Origin: an uncultured Bacteroidales bacterium
Lineage (GTDB): Bacteria; Bacteroidota; Bacteroidia; Bacteroidales; PUMT01
Direction: 5' to 3'
Length of the DNA stretch: 64,000 nt
NCBI GenBank assembly: GCA_964421595.1
Contig: CAYQXY010000004.1
Coordinates: 9,598-73,597 of the forward strand
Shown here: positions 58,043-64,000 of the stretch, piece after piece
Layout of the letters: every line of letters begins with the position of its first letter
Position numbering within the stretch: the stretch's first letter is position 1
Notes under the pieces: model-generated
What the model was told of the DNA's origin: nothing
The model's input: only the letters and a program-made list of their open reading frames with translations
Database searches by the model: none
Program-made: the position numbers and the translations under genes

Positions 58043-58984
58043 CTAATTATCCATCTGCTTAAGAAACCTGAACAGTTCACTGTCTGTCGACAGAATAAGA
58101 CTTGTCTGGCCGTCAAATGATTTTTCCAGGGTTTCCATAGATCGAAGGAAAGTGTACAGATTCCTCGATGCAATGTTCCTGTTATAGGCATTGGCATATA
58201 TCGCAGTAGCTTCGGCATCGGCCCGGCCTCTTATTGATTCTGCCTCCCTGAAGGCCTCTGACTGGATCTGGGCTAAATCTCTTTCCTTATTTCCCTCAAT
58301 CCTTCTGGCCTCACCTTCACCTTCCGATCTGAACTGGTCGGCGATACGGTTTCTTTCACTGATCATCCTGTCGTATACCCTTTCCCTGACTTCATCAACA
58401 TAGTTCATGCGCTTGAAACGAAAATCAAGTATTTTTATGCCAAGGTCTGCAGTTCTTTCGTTTGCCTTTGCAAGAACCATCGCTTCAATTTTTTCCCTTC
58501 CGACACTGATATCGTCAAGAGATTCAATATCTTCAAGATATTCATCATAAACTTCAGGCTCACGGTTTGTTGATCTTACCAGGTCAAGCAACTCATGACT
58601 TGCTACTGCATTCCTGGTTTCACCGTCGAGAATATCATCCAGCCTTGACTGACCGGATCTCTCATCCCTGAGGCGGATGAAAAACTGCAGGGGGTCGGAT
58701 ATATGCCACCTGGCGTAGGTATCGACAAAAATAAACTTTTTATCGAGTGTAGGCACCTGGTTTGGATCGCCGTCCCATTTAAGATATCTTTTATCAAAAT
58801 ACTGTACCTTATGAATGAACGGGGTTTTGAAGTTAATTCCCGGCTCGGTGCGGGCCCCCCCCACCGGGCGTCCGAACTGTGTGACTATTGCCTGCTGGGT
58901 TTCGTCGAGTATGAAAATGCTCTGGAAAGCAGCAATGAATATGGCAGCTACAACTATTATTAAAAATATTGACTTGGTCTTCAT
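58043..58984 (-). CDS. hflC: Protease modulator HflC (SPFH/band 7)
   Basis: N-terminal TM, then ILDETQQAIVTQFGRPVG...PGINFKTPFIHKVQYFDKR. Immediately follows hflK. Confidence 0.88.
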   Translation of the reverse strand: MKTKSIFLIIVVAAIFIAAFQSIFILDETQQAIVTQFGRPVGGARTEPGINFKTPFIHKVQYFDKRYLKWDGDPNQVPTLDKKFIFVDTYARWHISDPLQFFIRLRDERSGQSRLDDILDGETRNAVASHELLDLVRSTNREPEVYDEYLEDIESLDDISVGREKIEAMVLAKANERTADLGIKILDFRFKRMNYVDEVRERVYDRMISERNRIADQFRSEGEGEARRIEGNKERDLAQIQSEAFREAESIRGRADAEATAIYANAYNRNIASRNLYTFLRSMETLEKSFDGQTSLILSTDSELFRFLKQMDN

Positions 58985-58985
58985 A

Positions 58986-59957
58986 TTATTGTCCTGTTTG
59001 TTGTTGAAGGTTTAAAAGCGGAAGCACATTGGCACCGTTTTCATCCATAATGATCTTGGTACCCGTGGTTTCCATTATTCTTTCCATTGTTTCAAGGTAG
59101 ATACGTTTTTTGGTTACTTCGGGAGCCTTAATATACTCCTCATATAACGATATAAAACGATTGGCTTCCCCTGTTCCCCTGTTTACCCTGTTGAGAGCAT
59201 ATGCTTCAGACCGCTGGATAGTCTCCTCAGCCTCGCCTCGTGCCCTGGGTATAACCCGGTTATATTCTGATTCTGCCCTGTTAATAAGGGTTTCTCTTTC
59301 CTGTTGAGCCTCGTTCACTGCATTGAAAGAAGGTTTTACCGATTCGGGGGGATTTACATCCTGAAGCACAACCTGGTCAATGCGAATTCCATTTTCATAT
59401 TCATCGCACATCCTTTGAAGCAGAACTTCCACAGTGGTGGCTACTTCCTGCCGTCCTACTGTAAGCACTTCATTAACAGTGCGATCGCCGACAATCTTTC
59501 GCATTGCCGCCTCTGCCATATCATGCAGGGCATCTTCAGCATCTCTGACACGGAACAGATAGTTTCGGGAGTTCACGATACGGTATTGTATCACCCACTC
59601 AACATCTGCCAGGTTCAGGTCGCCGGTTAGCATCAAAGATTCATCACCATAACCGGCCTTTGTATATTGTGACCTTGTGCCGGCCTCGAGAGTGCGGAAC
59701 CCGAATTCCTGCTTTAACTGCCTTTGAACCGGGATCTTGTACATTTGTTCTATACCTGCCGGAAGTATAAAATTAAGTCCGGGTTCGAGTGTGCGGCTAT
59801 ATTTGCCCACTGTAAGGACTACTCCTTCTTCTTCCGGACCTACTGTTTTTATTGAGGTTACTGCTATAATAAATAAAACAATTATAAGCAAAACCTTCCT
59901 TAAATTTTTTCTGAGAAGGAGCAGGAGATGCTCCATTTGCTGATCTTGAGTTCTCAT
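58986..59957 (-). CDS. hflK: Protease modulator HflK (SPFH/band 7)
   Basis: TM, then VGPEEEGVVLTVGKYSRTLEPGLNFILP. 1-nt spacing to hflC. Confidence 0.88.
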   Translation of the reverse strand: MRTQDQQMEHLLLLLRKNLRKVLLIIVLFIIAVTSIKTVGPEEEGVVLTVGKYSRTLEPGLNFILPAGIEQMYKIPVQRQLKQEFGFRTLEAGTRSQYTKAGYGDESLMLTGDLNLADVEWVIQYRIVNSRNYLFRVRDAEDALHDMAEAAMRKIVGDRTVNEVLTVGRQEVATTVEVLLQRMCDEYENGIRIDQVVLQDVNPPESVKPSFNAVNEAQQERETLINRAESEYNRVIPRARGEAEETIQRSEAYALNRVNRGTGEANRFISLYEEYIKAPEVTKKRIYLETMERIMETTGTKIIMDENGANVLPLLNLQQQTGQ

Positions 59958-60262
59958 AAATTATATTGGTTTAATAACTGTGAATATTAACGGAACAAAA
60001 TAAGCATTATTTTATCACATTCCCTAATCAGTAAAATATGGAAGCTTATCCAACATCCTGACTCAGACATTTATTGGATGGTAACTACTGCTCGTAGCTG
60101 ACTGCGACAGGTTGTTCCGTTGTTTATACGCTGTATGAATGACCGGAATGTTATATCACCCCGCCGGCCTGATGACCGCTGGCTGGCCAATAAGCTGCCG
60201 GCAGTAGCATACTGTTGATCAGTACTGAGTTGACTCCTGACGTGGTTAACATCTGAGTACAT

Positions 60263-63085
60263 TTACCTGGTTTTTATCTCCAGCTTGTTTTTCAGATGGC
60301 GGCCGGTATGAGATTCATGGCAGTTTACCAGATCTTCAGGAGTTCCTTCAAATACAAGGCGCCCTCCCTCTTCACCGCCTCCGGGACCAAGATCAATAAT
60401 CCAATCGGCTGTTTTCACAACATCAGGGTTATGCTCAACAACAATCAGGCTGTTGCCCCTGTCAGTAAGTGCCTGAAAGGCTTTAAGCAGTTTTTTTATA
60501 TCGTGAAAGTGCAACCCGGTTGTTGGTTCATCAAAAATAAAAAGAACAGGCTTATGGTCTTTTTCCTTCCCCAGGAAGGAAGCGAGCTTTACCCTTTGGC
60601 TTTCCCCACCGCTCAGCGTGCTGGATGACTGTCCGAGTCTTACATAATCCAGTCCAACCTCTTCGAGTGTACGGAGTTTTTCAATAATCTTTTTTTCGGT
60701 AGTCTTGTTTGTCTGACTAAAAAAATCTATTGCTTCACTTACTGTTAGTTCCAGAACTTCATGAATGTTTTTCCCTGAATACCTCACTTCAAGAACTTCC
60801 TCCCTGAAACGCTTGCCATGGCAGTTTTCGCATACAAGGTGGACATCGGCCATGAATTGCATTTCTACCTTTATAATTCCTTCACCCTGGCATTCTTCGC
60901 ATCTGCCGCCATCTACATTGAATGAGAAATGACCGGGCATGAAGCCGTTTAATTTTGATGAAGTAAGTGAAGCAAACAGTTTGCGAATCTCATCATAGGC
61001 TTTTATATAGGTAACAGGGTTGGACCGGGACGACCGGCCAATAGGGTTCTGGTCAATCAATTCGACACCCTCTATAAGGTGGAGGTCTCCTTTTATCAGA
61101 CCAAATTTCCCGGGTTTAACAGATGTTCCGTTAAAAATTCTGCTCAGAGCCGGGTAAAGTATTCCTTTAACCAGTGATGATTTTCCTGATCCGCTGACTC
61201 CGGTTACGACAGTCAACACATTCAGGGGGAATTTGATATTGAATCCTTTAAGATTGTTTTCAGTTACACCTGTTAATTCAATATAGTTGTTCCATTTTTG
61301 CCGGCCGGACGGTACAGCAATTTTTTCCTTACCTGTAAGATATTTTGCTGTCATACTCTGTTCCTGGTTCAGCAGGCTGGTATGTTCGCCCTGAAAAACT
61401 ATTTCTCCTCCGAGCCGGCCGGCAAGGGGGCCGATGTCTATAATCTGGTCAGATGCCCTCATTATATCTTCATCATGCTCAACTACAATAACCGTATTGC
61501 CTGCATCCTTCAACTGTCCGAGTACTTTTATCAGGAGCATGGTATCTCTCGGATGAAGTCCGATGCTGGGTTCATCAAGTATATAAAGAGAGCCTACAAG
61601 GTTACTCCCCAGGGTTGTCGCGAGTCTTATGCGCTGAGATTCTCCTCCCGACAGGGTTGAAGAAAGGCGATTAAGGGTAAGGTATCCAAGTCCCACATCA
61701 ACCAGGAAGCCGGTTCTGCTTTGTATCTCTTTTATTATGCGGCCTGAAATCTCCTCATCATGTTTATCAAGTTTTATTGACCTGAAAAACTCAGCCAGAT
61801 CTGTAACAGGCATCTTAACAAGGTCCTGTATTGATCTGCCTCCCACAAGCACCCGGGAAGATTCCTTTTTAAGTCTTGTTCCGTTACATTCATAACAGAT
61901 GGTTCTTCCACGATATCTGGACAACATGACCCTGTACTGTATCTTGTAACTTTTCTTTTCAATATACTGGAAAAATTTATGTAATCCTTTGAACCATGAG
62001 TTACCTTTCCACAGCAGCTCACGTGATTCTTCACCAAGTTCATAGAAGGGCTTGTGCACAGGAAAGTCAAATTTTTCTGCATTAAAAATGAGTTTCTCTT
62101 TCCATTTCTTCATTTTTTCACCCCTCCAGCAGGCAATGGCATCATTATATACTGAAAGGCTCTTATCGGGTATTACAAGGTCTTCATCAATACCGATAAT
62201 CTTCCCGTAACCTTCACAAAGGGGACATGCACCAAGCGGGTTGTTAAAGCTGAACATATGCACTGAAGGTTCTTCAAACTCTATCCCGTCGGCCTCGAAT
62301 CTTGTAGAGAATACCAGCTCCGATTCTTTCCCGTCTTCCTGGATTTTAAGAAGACATTCACCATTACCTTCATAAAATGCAGTTTCTACCGAATCGGCTA
62401 TCCTTGACCTGGTGGCTCCATCCCATGCAACCCTTAAACGATCGATAACTATTGAAAGATCGTCCTGGCTGTCAAGGTATTCGGGATTGTCAATCAGTTC
62501 CTCGATCTTCAATGTCCGGTTATTTGCATGTACCCGGGTAATGCCTTGTTGCAGCCTTATTTTAAGACTTCTGACAAGTAATTCCCGGGGAGGATTAGGA
62601 ACCGGGGCAAGAATCAGAACTGTAGCGTTTTCAGACAATGTCAAAATATGGTTTACAACATCACTTACACTGTGCCGGGTTACCTCTTTCCCTGATACCG
62701 GCGAAATAGTCCTTCCGGTTCGTGCAAACAATAACTTTAAATAGTCATAGATCTCTGTTGAGGTTCCCACGGTAGAACGCGGATTATGGCTGTTAACCTT
62801 TTGTTCTATCGCAATTGCGGGCGGAATTCCTTTAATAAAGTCCACTTCCGGTTTGTCAATTTTTCCAAGAAATTGTCTTGCATATGATGACAGGCTTTCC
62901 ACATATCTTCTTTGCCCCTCAGCATAAAGGGTGTCAAAAGCAAGTGAAGATTTGCCGGAACCAGATAAGCCTGTTATAACTATAAACTGATCGCGCGGGA
63001 TAGTCAGATCAATATTCTTGAGATTATGCACCCTTGCACCTTTTATGACAATTTGCTTTTTATCCCCGACTTTACTTTCTGGCAT
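60263..63085 (-). CDS. uvrA: Excinuclease ABC subunit UvrA
   Basis: 940 aa. Two ABC modules (GLSGSGKSS, GVSGSGKSS), Zn modules (CPLCEGYG, CEECQGEG) and two LSGGE signatures. Confidence 0.97.
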   Translation of the reverse strand: MPESKVGDKKQIVIKGARVHNLKNIDLTIPRDQFIVITGLSGSGKSSLAFDTLYAEGQRRYVESLSSYARQFLGKIDKPEVDFIKGIPPAIAIEQKVNSHNPRSTVGTSTEIYDYLKLLFARTGRTISPVSGKEVTRHSVSDVVNHILTLSENATVLILAPVPNPPRELLVRSLKIRLQQGITRVHANNRTLKIEELIDNPEYLDSQDDLSIVIDRLRVAWDGATRSRIADSVETAFYEGNGECLLKIQEDGKESELVFSTRFEADGIEFEEPSVHMFSFNNPLGACPLCEGYGKIIGIDEDLVIPDKSLSVYNDAIACWRGEKMKKWKEKLIFNAEKFDFPVHKPFYELGEESRELLWKGNSWFKGLHKFFQYIEKKSYKIQYRVMLSRYRGRTICYECNGTRLKKESSRVLVGGRSIQDLVKMPVTDLAEFFRSIKLDKHDEEISGRIIKEIQSRTGFLVDVGLGYLTLNRLSSTLSGGESQRIRLATTLGSNLVGSLYILDEPSIGLHPRDTMLLIKVLGQLKDAGNTVIVVEHDEDIMRASDQIIDIGPLAGRLGGEIVFQGEHTSLLNQEQSMTAKYLTGKEKIAVPSGRQKWNNYIELTGVTENNLKGFNIKFPLNVLTVVTGVSGSGKSSLVKGILYPALSRIFNGTSVKPGKFGLIKGDLHLIEGVELIDQNPIGRSSRSNPVTYIKAYDEIRKLFASLTSSKLNGFMPGHFSFNVDGGRCEECQGEGIIKVEMQFMADVHLVCENCHGKRFREEVLEVRYSGKNIHEVLELTVSEAIDFFSQTNKTTEKKIIEKLRTLEEVGLDYVRLGQSSSTLSGGESQRVKLASFLGKEKDHKPVLFIFDEPTTGLHFHDIKKLLKAFQALTDRGNSLIVVEHNPDVVKTADWIIDLGPGGGEEGGRLVFEGTPEDLVNCHESHTGRHLKNKLEIKTR

Positions 63086-63330
63086 AATTATTGTTTTATA
63101 TATATTGTTGCAATAAATACAGGATTGGCTATGTTGCGATATTTCAGATTGTTAGGTGATAATAACGGGGTTGCAAGTTAGCAGTTTTCTTTTGTATTTA
63201 AAAATGCTTTGTAAACGGAATTTTTTTTCTTTCTTTGTAACATTGCAAAATGAAATAAATTGTATAACTTAAAATAACTGCTATCGAGAAAACTTATACC
63301 CGTTGAAATAATTTAAAATAGGAGGTAGAT

Positions 63331-63921
63331 GTGGAAGCAAATAAAATGAGTGATCAGGAACTCATACAACAGTTTCTCTCGGGCGATAAGGCAGGAATTG
63401 AAATGCTGATTAACCGGCATAAATCAAAGGTTTACACTTATATACTACTGGTTGTGAAAAATCAGCAGCTTGCAGAGGATATATTTCAGGATACATTTAT
63501 TAAAGTAATCCGTTCTCTTATAGACGGAAAATACAAGGATAACGGACGATTCGTTTCCTGGGTTATAAGAATTGCCCATAACCTTATAATCGACCATTTC
63601 CGTAAGGAAAAGCAGATTAATACTCTGTCGAACGATGATTACGAATCGGATATCTTTAATTCCAGGAAACTTTCAGATCAGAATATCGAAGATGTTCTTA
63701 TTAAAGAACAGATTACAAGTGATGTAAGGCAGCTGATTGATGAATTGCCGGAAGAACAGAAGCAGGTAATATTGCTCAGGCATTATGGTGGTATGAGTTT
63801 CAAGGAGATTGCCGATCAGACTGATGTGAGCATAAACACTGCACTGGGCAGGATGAGGTACGCGCTGATTAACTTGCGTAAACTCATTGTACGTAAAAAT
63901 ATTAGCCTTACAATGAGTTGA
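63331..63921 (+). CDS. ECF-type RNA polymerase sigma-70 family factor
   Basis: Region 2 (EDIFQDTFIKV...WVIRIAHNLIIDHFRKEK) and region 4 (LPEEQKQVILLRHYGGMSFKEIADQTDVSINTALGRMRYA). GTG start at 63331, with an alternative ATG at 63346. Confidence 0.88.
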   Translation: MEANKMSDQELIQQFLSGDKAGIEMLINRHKSKVYTYILLVVKNQQLAEDIFQDTFIKVIRSLIDGKYKDNGRFVSWVIRIAHNLIIDHFRKEKQINTLSNDDYESDIFNSRKLSDQNIEDVLIKEQITSDVRQLIDELPEEQKQVILLRHYGGMSFKEIADQTDVSINTALGRMRYALINLRKLIVRKNISLTMS

Positions 63922-64000
63922 TTTTCACTGCCCTGTCAGGAATAGTGCGATTTAACTGAAAAGTTGGGAGATAGTAGGATAATAAATACTTCCAACTTTC

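Noticed and set aside
60071-60262. 63-aa ORF directly after uvrA, considered as a real protein gene
   Set aside because: It has no motif, hydrophobic segment or recognisable family, and the sequence character suggests structured or decayed DNA. I kept it only as a low-priority finding rather than an annotated CDS.
1-64000. Mobile element, prophage or defence island content
   Set aside because: I recognised no integrase, transposase, recombinase, phage structural, restriction-modification, toxin-antitoxin or known defence-system motifs. The gene content is housekeeping, and by eye the composition looks uniform apart from short GC-rich spacers.

Overview
This is a chromosomal window that looks like Bacteroidota: AT-rich intergenic regions, TAnnTTTG-like -7 promoter boxes, many lipoproteins, and tightly packed or overlapping operons. 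I call about 50 protein genes, almost all core envelope or metabolic functions. I saw no rRNA, tRNA, CRISPR array, transposase, integrase or recognisable defence genes, so the window does not look like a mobile island. Layout: (a) 0-9.4 kb holds a TolC-like gene fragment, a secreted GH42-like glycosidase with an MFS transporter, a SpmA/B-like membrane protein, and an Mla/MCE lipid-transport operon (MlaD, PqiC-like lipoprotein, STAS-MlaE fusion, MlaF). (b) 9.5-16.8 kb holds an ABM monooxygenase-like lipoprotein, a Zn-dependent dehydrogenase, an orphan multi-TM PAS histidine kinase, DAHP synthase and acetyl-CoA synthetase. (c) 17-31.7 kb is a large peptidoglycan turnover/recycling cluster: MurQ, a MurK-like kinase, a giant secreted amidase, GT2, DUF4922 (HIT-like), a SpoIID-like protein, AmpG with a large insertion, NamZ/DUF1343, a transglutaminase-like lipoprotein and L-Ala-D/L-Glu epimerase. 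(d) 32-34.6 kb holds an acidic lipoprotein, an ECF sigma factor and an anti-sigma protein with a beta-barrel-like C-terminus. (e) 34.7-50.4 kb holds DUF1080, guaA, an S41 protease, a NadR-like ATPase, a THUMP methyltransferase, a SiaB/SiaC-like pair, a 1025-aa ABCG-like transporter with a TerB-like N-terminus, a MATE pump, clpB and an Hpt+STAS pair. (f) 50.5-57.7 kb is a Gly/Ser/PLP block: gcvT, ComB-like phosphatase, serC, serA, DUF1015, yggS and a DHOD-like protein. (g) 58-64 kb holds hflKC, uvrA and a second ECF sigma factor. The most unusual signal visible directly in the sequence is a family of ~125-137-nt structured intergenic elements. Each always lies in the sense orientation directly upstream of a start codon: upstream of the dehydrogenase gene, upstream of murQ, in tandem upstream of the sigma operon, and as a degraded relic near 35.67 kb. 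All functional calls come from motif recognition by eye, and no database search was run.
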